Source: Ptychomitrium polyphyllum (lineage: Eukaryota). From it: a stretch of DNA of 64,000 bases. The translations under genes and the position numbers were made by a program. The stretch covers positions 8,928,001 to 8,992,000 of the forward strand of contig OZ316776.1 of assembly GCA_973851085.1 (NCBI GenBank), written 5' to 3'. The stretch's first letter is position 1. The number at the start of each line of letters is the position of its first letter. The notes under the pieces are model-generated. The model was not told where the DNA came from, ran no database searches, and saw nothing but the letters and a program-made list of their open reading frames with translations. Shown in pieces: positions 53,119-64,000 of the stretch.

Positions 53119-55513
53119 GGAACAAGGGGGCCAGCTGTACGCCGTGCTAGGATCTTGGGAAAACGAGGAATCAAATTGCAAAAACCACCATGGATGTTTA
53201 TTTGTGGTTTGGATATTACTTGTCTTCACATGGATAATCTAAGGTCATCATAGATTGATGTTTGCATTCTTCTTGTCGCCTAAGGGTCACAGTCATATGA
53301 TAATATCCGCTATTTTTAGAATTTTTAAAAACTCTTTTTATATTCATAGTAACAAAAGAGGAGACTAATAAGTGGTATATTAATGTTCTTGTGTTCAATT
53401 AAAATGGGCCATGTGAATTTTGGAAGAATTTTTATCTATAGATGAAATGTTTTTTCTATAGATAATAGTTTTAATTGGAGGTGAAATCTTCTTATTAATA
53501 ATTTTTATATTTGTCTTGATGGATTTATTTGGAAATAAATTTTTTTACTTGATTCAAATTGTCATAGATGGTTTATATAATATACAACATATTTTTATGT
53601 CATGGAATCAAAATATTTAAACGTATATTTATCAATGTTTGAATATATGTGCATTTCATTACAATTTTGTACATTTATGCCAATTGGTATATGTGCATGG
53701 AAATTAAATGTGGTGCATATGCATAACACATTCCGAAAATGCATCAAAAAGTCTTAGTTGAATGCTTATATATTTTTTAAGCAAAAGAAAATTTTATAGG
53801 TTTGGTATAAAAACATACTATCAATTATATTATTGATTATACAACAAGGCTCTAGAATATTATACATTTTTTATTAAGAATCTTTAAAGTTGACCTTATA
53901 TTTATAGAAAACTAAATCTTTAAATATTTATGCTAAGTGTTCTAGAAATATGTTTATATATTTGATTTTTTATACCATAGTTTTAATTGCTATTAAGTTT
54001 CTTTATAAAAGAACTAGAACACATGAGCCTTCTAAGCTTCTAGTTCAAATAAGGTTTATAAAATTACTTTTAGCTTTCAAAATCATGTAATGAAATTTAA
54101 TACTATAGTAAAGATAAGTTGATTTTACACATGCATCTATACAACATATAAGGTATAACTATTTTAATCACGAAAGGCTTGTGTTTGAAGCCATGGAGTC
54201 AAATTATAAGTTGTATTTATTTAACGATTTAAATAATTAGTATAAATTGGTGACATTAATGATATTTTTAAATTTTTAAATCAATGAATCTTTAAACTAG
54301 TTTTTATAATCAAATTTTTAGATTTTGAAAATATTATTATATATTGAAGAAAATTGTAAAATAAATTAATATTAATTATAAAGTATGTTCGAAAGTCAAA
54401 TTTCTTCATTCTTGTAAAATTTTGCACATTTAAGTTTTGATTTTTCTAAAACTGAAAGATAGAATATTAATTAGATCATATAAACTTTAATTTGTTAATT
54501 AAACCTGAATGCAAAAGGATTTTACAAATGGATGAAACTTAAATTCTCCTTAAAGAACTAGGACTACTAAAGTACACTATGTAGTTTTTCAAATTATAAA
54601 TCTAAAACAATCCAAAAGTCTCATAATAATATGTTCCATAATTGATTTTTCATTTATATCCAAAGAACATTTTCCATAATACTTTGTGTAATTATCCTAT
54701 AGTGATATAGCAATATAGACATTAGGATAATAACCCTTTACATCCTCTTACTATTCTATTCTACCATTATATCAAATATCTAGGCGATTAGTTCATCAGA
54801 TCACGAATTTTCTTATTAAACTCTTTATAAGAAATCTGTCATATTCAAAACCTAATCCTGTTTTTAGTATGTTTTTAGTATGTTTTTGGATTCTTTAAAA
54901 AAATTATAATTCATTCTATGTTGGATATCTAAAATCCTTATTCCAAAACACAACCAAAAATCCTAAGACTTTCACAAAACACCAATCATAATTTCTGTTT
55001 TAGGCCTTTTTAAAATCCAACTTTCTAGGATTTCTGAACGTACCAAATAGGTACAATTGCCCTTCTACCCATGTCTCGTCAAAAAATCACAAGCATGTGT
55101 TTGAAGGGTAAATTACGACAAAAGATCCTAACTCAGTTGTCTATGTTTGACTTGCTCATATTGCCACGTGCTGATTCTGCCACATTCTTAGATAAGAAAT
55201 ACAATACTGTCAAAACAGACCACTTTTTACCTTGTAGGACATTAAGGGGTAAGTAGACTTGAAAAACTCAGCCTTCCCTAAGGATCCATCCTAATCTTCA
55301 GGAAACTACAAGAGCACAGATGCCTGACCCAATGGGTGGTGCATATACTCCAGAACTCAGTTGAGGCTCTGTTGATCACATTTGGAACTGGATTGCAAGT
55401 TTGCAAAAAAGCTGCCCGACGGACAAATCTGCTGCAACGATCACCTTCAGAAAGCCACAACGCCAGAATAGACGGTACAAACGCTGTAAAAACTGCGTGC
55501 ACTTGACCAGTTT

Positions 55514-58500
55514 TTACACATTGTTGCTGTCATCTTTGCTGTAGGTCGGGGTAAATTGATTTTGTGAAGGAGAATAGCCTGGTGCTGATGGCGAATAGCC
55601 ACCACCGCTAGGACTGTATCATACAAATGTCAACAATGTAAGTCCCAACAAAAGGAATACTTTGAAACAACAAACCATCATGGTTCACGTATACAAATCA
55701 ACCCTAGAATAAGCACGCAATTGAATTCGACCATATCAACCTCGCTGATCCACACCGTAGGACATTAACCAGGATTGAAAGTCACGATTCACAACTGAAT
55801 ATCGCTTTGTAGCAACATGATCAAATTATCTAACCTGTAATTTGGAGAAGTCGGACTGTAGGCAGGACTTCCAGGAGTATATGCTGGGCTGCAAAAATGA
55901 ACAAAGGGAGCTCAGTAAAAACTTATTCATCAATAATTTGACAAAATGACGTCACGAATCATAAGCTGAAAACAAATGAAGAGCAAAAGAAAAGACGCCT
56001 ACATACCTTGTTGGAGAATAGGAAGGTGATCCTGGAGTGTACGCAGGGCTAGTGGGCAAGTACGAGGGTGACGAAGGAGAGTATGACGGTGATGTTGGGC
56101 TGTACCCAACATTCCAATCGAACAAGTTTAGAATGACTTCAGAAGATGTGTCAAGACTGATTAACTCCCATTCAATAGCAGATTGTTAAACAACAAGACC
56201 AGAAGGAACTCTTACAACATCATGCAACACAAATAATGTTAATGACAATAAGATGAGGAGATAAGGCGCACCTGTAACTAGGAGAAGTCGGGCTGTACGA
56301 AGGACTTGAAGGAGAATAACGAGGACTGCTAGGAGAATAAGCGGGGGATGTAGGACTATAACTCGGTGATGTCGGGCTGTAGCTGGGTGACGATGGGCTG
56401 TAGCTCGGGGAAGTGGGTGAGTAACCAGGAGAGGTGGGACTGTAACTAGGAGATGTAGGGCTGTAACTGGGAGAAGTTGGACTGTACGCAGGGGAGGATG
56501 GAGCATAAGAGGGTGAAGTAGGGCTATAAGAGGGGGAAGTAGGGCTATAAGCTGGAGAACTGGGGCTATAAGCTGGAGAAGTTGGACTATAGCTTGGAGA
56601 TGTCGGACTGTAGCTAGGTGATGTTGGACTGTAACTAGGTGAAGTTGGGCTATAGCTAGGTGAAGTAGGGGCATAGCTTGGAGACGTGGGGGAGTAAGAA
56701 GGACTGGTAGGAGAGTACCCAGGGGAAGTGGGGCTGTAAGAAGGAGATGTCGGACTATAACCTGGGGAAGTGGGACTATAACCTGGAGATGTAGGGCTAT
56801 AACCAGGTGACGTTGGGCTATACCCTGGAGATGTAGGGCTGTAACCTGGAGACAAAGGACTGTATCCAGGAGACGAAGGGCTGTAGCCTGGAGATGAGGG
56901 TGAGAAGGGCATGCTGCCAACATATGGTGAAAACTGCGCTTCAGATAGCGGCGAAGCACGCAGGCTTGGGCTGAGCAAGTAACTCGGTGACATCATCCCC
57001 TCGTTGTGTGGTGTCCCAATCATAGGAGACCTTGATGGGGTCATGCCGTAATCGGTTCCTTCAAAGCTCGGCAACTGCAACTCAATGGCGTGCTGAAGCA
57101 TACTCTCATTGAGGTGTAAGCCAAAATCACCAGTTCCAATCGGAGCCAATTGGCCAAGCATGATGTTTTCGGTAACTCCTTTCAAGTGGTCCGCCTCCGC
57201 ATATACTGCAGCATCCAGTAAGATGTCCACTGTTTCTTCAAATGAGCACCGCATCATAGGTCCTGTATCATTTCTGTTGATACCATGACGGGTAATTGCC
57301 ATCAAATGACCACGGTACGTCATGACATCACAAAGAATGGCGAGATGCCTATAGTTCACGTATGAACCATCGAAGGAAATGACATCTCGCAACTCCTTCA
57401 AGAGAGCATTTCGAACTGCTTCAATTCCCAGCACCTCAATGACCTCAATCAAGTGGTTACTGGTAGTTCGAGAAGCATCTACATCCTCGTGACACATGAC
57501 GGCTAGCATGTTAACACCCTCTGTATCAAGTATCCATTCCTTCTCCGGCTCAAAGGCTAGGATTTCATCAAATCGATTCTTCTTGTCTTCCTTGATGAAT
57601 ACCTTCCGAATATCAGGTATTCCACGCAGAGCCATCTCCGTGAGCATGTTGCTCTCAATCTTTTTCAAAAAGACATCATCCTCTGATTGCTCGGTAGCCT
57701 CACCCTTGGGAGCTTCATCGTTCATGATTCGAATGCGCAGAATGAGCTTCTCAGCATTGTCATCATTGAAAATACAGGTCAAATCATCATCAAATTCGAG
57801 ATTGATTTTCTCTGCAATATCAGCCATGCTCAGCTTCTTATCCACCATCATCTCCCGGTTGAGCTCAATACGCAGCAACCAGGGCGAAATCTTTTCAGGA
57901 GCCACATCTTCGTCCGGCATCTCATAGTATGACCTCACAAACTCCACATCCTCTTCTATCAGTGTACTCATTGGCTCCGGATCGTACCAAATCTCAGTTG
58001 CCTGGGTAACAGATCGAAGAGTAGTATACTCAAGAGCGCACTGAACATTTTTGGCCTTTTCTTTTTCTTTGTTCACTCCAGGTTTTAAATATACTGTTAG
58101 TGACGGCGTCTTTGTCTTCTTTGCGACATTGATAATCTCGCGCAAACGTGGTACACCGAGAGTCACGTTCTTTGCACTCACACCAGCAAAATGGAAAGTG
58201 TTCAGTGTCATCTGTGTCGCTGGTTCTCCAATGGACTGAGCAGCAACACAGCCGATCATCTCTCCAGGGGCCACAAGGGACTGGAGGAATCGTGTCTCTA
58301 TCTCACCAATGACCCAATCAAATGCCTCTCTTGTCAGCCGGTAGTCCTTGAGGACCCTCTTGCTGGCTAGAGTGCTGCGCAATAGACAGCCAAAAAATAG
58401 AGTTGCATTTCTTTGGGCTTCCATTGATATTTGGTCATCTCCGGGCACAACTCTAAGCCTCTCTTGCAGCTTATCTACAGCTTCCACAATCTCCATTGGA

Positions 58501-61500
58501 TGCATATCTGAAGGCTTCCGGAAATCAACTTTGAAGATTTTCTGTGCGTTCCAGATCAGTCGCTTTAGATTGACAGGAAGAGGCCAATTTGCCTCCCCAG
58601 TTGGTGCAATCTCCAGACCCATTTGCCTGCGGTCAGCTTCCAATTTGGATACTTCAGCATCAAACACATTTCTGATCTCTTGGATAGTCTTTATATCCTC
58701 TGCAGCTTCCGTAGACATATAGTCAGGAGACCAATCGTCTCTATCGATCTCAAACTTATACACCCTGTTGAACTCCGCCTTCTTCATTTTCAGTGAATCT
58801 AATTTCTGCGATTCGATCCACACCGAGTCCATTCCATCCTCTCCATATAAGAACTGAATCACATCTCCCAAAGAATTGCGCACTGTCCCATCATACTTCA
58901 CCATAACATCTTCCATAGCTTTCACCAGTCGTCTTTGAATATACCCAGTCTCTGATGTCTTCACAGCTGTATCAATAAGACCCTCTCTTCCTCCCATAGC
59001 ATGAAAGAAAAACTCTTGTGGTGTCAGCCCCCGCAGATATGAATTTTCCACAAATCCACGACTCTCAGGCCCGTAATCATCCTTCGTAAAATGCGGTAGC
59101 GTACGGTCCGCAAAACCATATGGAATACGCTTTCCTTCAACATTTTGCTGCCCCACACAAGCAGTCATCTGAGAAATATTGATGAATGTACCCTTGGATC
59201 CAGCAGTAACCATAGCCTTTAGATTATTACTCTCAGAAAGACTTCGTTGTGCACTAGCTCCTGCTTCATCACGAGCCTTGTTTAAGACACCATTGACTCT
59301 GTTCTCAAAGGACTCTTTCATGGTTCGACCTGGCTGTGCTTCTAGCTGCTTGTCTTGAGCCATCTTAATCAAATCTTTCACATCGTTTTTGGCTTGGGAA
59401 ATGGTTTCATTGATTTTCTCCATAGTTGCTGCATCTGCAATGGTATCTCCAATACCAATACTGAAACCTTGCTGCAAAAGCCAGTAATTCACTAGCCATT
59501 GAGTGTGCCCCAAAAACTTCCGGGCTGCATCAGGTCCAACTTCCTCCCTGTTCAAATAGCAGGCTGAACTTAGAACTGCCCATGCTGTTTGCTGATCAGA
59601 TAAATGACAAGTTTGAAACGCCGATTAAAAACGACAAAGAAGCAAGCATAAAAGAAACGTTCATGAATTGAGCAAAATGCTTACCAGATAACATGAATAA
59701 GACTGCCTTGTCCTGTACCCAAAGTCTTTTTGCAGAGCGTACCAGCCACCACCTCTCCCTTCTCAATTCGCACCTGTGTGTCACCAGGTGATAGATCGCC
59801 CACTTCTGAATCAGGATGCCAAAACGCCTGACGCATCAGGTTGATTTGCTTCGGAATAATAAGGGTAAAAATCTGTTTCCCTGTCCAGAGCGGGCGTGGC
59901 TTCAGAATGGTCGGAATGGGTATCTTGCCATCGAACTCCTCCCACCACATGAGGATATTGTAGAACAAATCCTGCATAGAAGAAACATTTCCCCCAAGGT
60001 GTAGAGTGTCCTTACTCAGACTTGAACAAAAAATCACTACCTTAGAAGAAAACCCCTAAACTCTTCGTGCAAACATGACGAATATGGGAACAACAATCAA
60101 GAGTATTTAGCACGACATACACAATTTACCAACCAATTCCTGTAAGGCACGAGCACGGCGTACCTTCTCTATAAATGTGTCTCTCTTTGTCACTTTACGA
60201 CATCCTAAAAGTGTGTCTTGTACAATTCCAATAACTGGGCGATTTGACTGCGGTGATACGACACACTTTGGAACCATCATGAGTTCCAACACCTCTGCTC
60301 GGGTCTCAAACGACTGAGGCACGTGCATATTCATTTCATCTCCATCAAAATCAGCATTGTATGGTGATGTCACAGACAGATTTAGCCGAAAAGTGGAATA
60401 AGGCATTATGCGAATACGGTGTCCCATGATGGACATCTTGTGCAGACTAGGTTGTCGATTGAACAATACAAAGTCGCCATCATTCATATGCCTTTCCACC
60501 TGCAACATGGGAGATGCTGTGAGAACAGAGTGGTCGCTAATGGTACTGCTGTCAAAACTTGCACAATATCTCACAGAAACTCAAATAAATAGTTCAATGT
60601 ATTTTATGGCTACCACAAACCAAAAAAACTTCAGATGTATGTGTTACACAAAACAAAAGTCATCTACAACATGTAAACGATAAACCTTCATGTGACAGCC
60701 TAAAAGTATTTTGAACATAGTTATACCTTGTACCCAAGCTCCAAGTGTCGATCACTGCTCTTTTTCAAGAACCGAAGATCCAGTCGTTGACCATCCTCTC
60801 TAATGATGTACTTTGCACCAGTCTTGCCCGGAGGTGGGTGAGGCCCGTACTCTACAAGCTCTTTGAGCCTGTCGAACATCAACCAAGAAACTTTTCAGCC
60901 ACGTGATGGCTACTATAAAGTACATAGACTTAAATCGTTACTCGTGATTATTGAGAACCAGTGTTGAATCATAAAATGGAGCTGACCTTTCCATGTTGTA
61001 GGGAGTCACGGTTTCTGGATACGTTAAATTGAGGGCAATGCTCCATGGCACCCCTAATTCATCAATGTTGATATTTGGATCTGGCGTGATCACAGTACGC
61101 GCAGAGAAGTCCACACGTTTTCCCATTAAATTTCCACGAATGCGACCTTCCTTCGCCTTCAAACGTTGACAGATTGATTTTATAGGGCGCCCAGACCTTT
61201 GAGTAGCCTGTCATACGTCAAACATTAAAACCCAAACCTTTCAAAAACAAAATACTGGCGTGCTACTTTAATAAATGAAATACTCAAAGACCAACCTCAA
61301 TAGAAGAACCTGTGATAATTATCACCCTTGAACAAGCTAATAAAGTCCAAATGATGCTACACGGTTTGAACTGAATCCTTGAGCAACAGTAAAACATCAG
61401 AACACTTTGAGCATAAACACGAGCTCAAGAAAGACCGCAGACAAAATCAAGCAGGAAATTGCGCACCCTAGGCTGCCCTGGAAGGTCATTGTCGAAGTAT

Positions 61501-63220
61501 GTTGCTATATGAAATTGTAGAAGCTGAGCGAACTCGTTAATAATATGTGTAGGAGCACCATTCTGCTCCTGCCGCTTTAAATTATTGTTGTGACGAATGA
61601 TCATAGCCAACTGATGCGTCAAGTCGTCCTCACTGCGAGCTGAACTGTCCATCATTACAGAAGGCCGGACTGGAGGAGGGGGTATAGGAAGTGCTTGTAG
61701 AATCATCCAATCAGGTCGAGCAAACTTCGGGTTGAGACCCAATAAAGCACAGTCTTCATCGCTTATCCTTTTAAGGATACTTAAAACCTTTTCAGCACTA
61801 AGTTGCTGTTTTCGCTCTACAGGCTCTGGCATATGTTGATCTTGTTCATCAGCTTTTTTCCGATTCGGCTTGAATTCAGCCACAAGTTTCATACCATCTA
61901 TAGTTGTCTTGGGCTGTTGTGCACCACAACCTCCATGAGACTTCTTTTTCTCAGTTTCTTCACCATATGACGTATCATTCTCGTCAATTTCATCGCCTGC
62001 ATCACACTTTGTTTTGCTTTTACAGCAATCAAGCACTTTCTTCAACCTGTGCTTTGGATTGCGGACTTTTTTTGCTTGCTTAAAACGATGATCTTCCTGC
62101 ACAATCAGAGTGTGCTTTTCACATACCAGTGATGCATCTCTCTCCAAACATGCCTTGACCTCGCCAACTTGCCAGAACTATAGTAATAAATATTTTTAAA
62201 CTCCAAAAAGATGTATATGAACATCCACCTCATGAGCAGTGGTATTAAGATCCAGCTTGCGAAAGAGGGTTGAGAGACCAACCTCATCTGCAAGAACCCG
62301 TGAACAATTGTAGCAAACACACCGCAGGATGGTAAGCACAGTCTTCAAGAAACCAATATGAAACATGGGTTTCGCAAGTTCCAAATGACCAAAATGACCA
62401 GGGCACTCCGCCATGCTACCGGCACATGTCTCACACTTGGTATGCCGATCGATGGTACCCAGCCGAGGGTCACTAAGACCCCCCATCTTGGGCTTGCCCC
62501 TGTCATAAGTCTCGCTGCTCTCTATTTTACATACTGACATTTGGCGCTGTTGCAAGATACACAAGTGGCCAGTCAGTGCAACAGAACTCAAAGGATTCAC
62601 ATAATTCAGCTCGAGCACAAAAACCCCAGCATATCCAAAGCACCATCGCTACTGAACCACACCGTAAAACCCTAAGCATACCACGAGCTTCATGTACTGC
62701 TGACTTGTATAGTAATAGCACAACACAAGGCCACGGCAACCAAGCTGCGTTTTCCGACAGCTAAAGTACTGAGTACGAATTCTCTCAAGCCACATTCGAA
62801 TTTCAGAAAAGAGGAAAACAGCACTTCATCGATACGCCCAGCTTTTAATCACAAAACGTGTTTAATTATCAAACTCCACTACCGTCTAAAGATTTTCCAT
62901 AGTAATTAAGGATTCCACCCAAAAATGCAATCCACCACAACACCAGCTCGCACAACAGTACAACAACAGCATTGAGTCGAAGGCCGGTTCCAAACTGGAA
63001 AAACGCCAACCATCCCCGAAAGGGCCCATCGATACTGCATTTTGCGACACACCATCCCGTCATCACGTAACCACGGAACCTTCACACTACAATACCCAAC
63101 ACATGCGTTCTCCACCACCCTCTCCAATGAACTCACAATTTCATCAGGGCTGATGATGCCAAACTGCACAGTCTTGACCCGGGCCAAGTCCGCCGGCGAG
63201 AACGCAAAGCGCTGGTCCAT
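55514..63220 (-). CDS. NRPB1: DNA-directed RNA polymerase II largest subunit, 11 exons
   Basis: Exons 63220-63137, 62546-62283, 62096-61467, 61207-60987, 60868-60727, 60499-60164, 59971-59685, 59547-56272, 56099-56007, 55888-55835, 55613-55514 (TAA). CETC...[17 protein letters not shown], catalytic NADFDGD, trigger loop QMTLNTFH and YSPTSPS CTD repeats. Confidence 0.98.
55560..56885 (-). repeat. CTD heptad repeat coding region, about 39 heptads including degenerate ones
   Basis: 29 full 21-nt units from 56885 to 56277 in exon 8, then about 10 more over the last three exons. Confidence 0.9.
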
Positions 63221-63309
63221 GACGCTCCTCTGCCAAATCTCCCCTACTGCTTCACTCACTCACTCACTCTCCAGCAGCAGCAACGCAGAACGAGACGCAG
63301 CACTTGCAG

Positions 63310-63340
63310 TGGCCCAAACCCTAGGTGCCCAAACCCTAGG
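63310..63340. promoter_or_regulatory. Tandem telo-boxes (AAACCCTAG x2), the first abutting a site II motif, upstream of NRPB1
   Basis: TGGCCCAAACCCTAGGTGCCCAAACCCTAGG; telo-boxes at 63316-63324 and 63331-63339, about 100 nt upstream of the ATG. Confidence 0.6.
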
Positions 63341-64000
63341 CAGTCACTTCATGAAGTTGAGATGATTTTTGGAGACGGCGAGACTGCAGCAGCGCACAGC
63401 CATGTTGCAGTTTTGCTTGCCGATGATGTGAGCCCGCTTTGCGATAAGTCTGGGGAGTAAACCGTAAGTTTGCGAGACAGCACAGTCTTTGCGGGTTGGA
63501 CGACGCAGCCAGCTGCGAGAGCCAAGGACAGCAAACAACCCGTCCTGTGGGAGACAACGGGGCTCTATATACGCGGCCACGGCGTAAGCCTCACGCCTCT
63601 CGCATGGCCACACCGACTGCCCCATGCCCGCCCAGAGTATTCACGCTCCGAATAGTCCTCCAACGTGCGTGGACTGTTCCTACCCGGCGCCACCGAAACT
63701 CAGGTGCACTGAACATACCCGGATGAAGAGAAACTCCGGTTACCAGGACTTTTGTACATACCCGGAGCTACAGCGCTGAAATCTCCTTACTCTAAGCCAC
63801 ACTGAAAGCCTTTCTTTGCTGTGGTGGGGGCTGCCCTGCGAGACCGCACTATTAATGGAAGAGTGTAGTGATACTGTAAGTGAACTATTCCATCTTAAGG
63901 ATCATAATCAAAAGTTTTCCATCGAAGTGAAGAATTTTCATCCATATTAAGTTTATCATCCAAATGTTGGAGACGGAATTATGTGTTTGGTAATGGTATA

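Noticed and set aside
52935..53229. Lys-rich and Phe-rich ORFs
   Set aside because: Translations of the poly-T/pyrimidine tract.
56186..56959. 257-aa Leu/Pro-rich ORF
   Set aside because: Alternative frame of the NRPB1 CTD repeats.
63721..63786. ATGAAGA...CTGA as a possible C/D box snoRNA
   Set aside because: Imperfect C box, very short span, no convincing terminal stem or guide.

Overview
Eukaryotic nuclear DNA from a land plant, most likely a moss (inferred from the intron-rich genes, the very AT-rich CG/CHG-depleted intergenic blocks and a DFE-type kinase relic). I can reconstruct eight apparently intact spliced genes from GT-AG boundaries: a RING-H2 ATL-type E3 ligase (-), a BAR-PH-ArfGAP-ankyrin protein of the AGD1/VAN3 type (-), an A1 aspartic protease (+), a GH9 endoglucanase (+), a PPH1/TAP38-like PP2C (-), a trihelix transcription factor (-), an N-acetylglucosamine kinase-like ATPase (-) and the RNA polymerase II largest subunit NRPB1 (-). 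Between them lie a decayed Ty1/copia element, a PIF/Harbinger-type MITE inside a PP2C intron, short tandem repeats and at least five gene relics (kinase, anthranilate synthase alpha, S9 peptidase, class B acid phosphatase, TFIIB). I found no clear-cut novel multi-gene system. The best leads are a PPH1-like phosphatase that seems to lack the C-terminal membrane anchor, with interlocking inverted repeats and a partial miR477-like site upstream; a candidate 9-nt micro-exon in the ArfGAP gene; and a copia element with a possible second RNase H remnant and a sharp internal boundary in CG/CHG loss. All family assignments come from motif recognition by eye, not from database searches.
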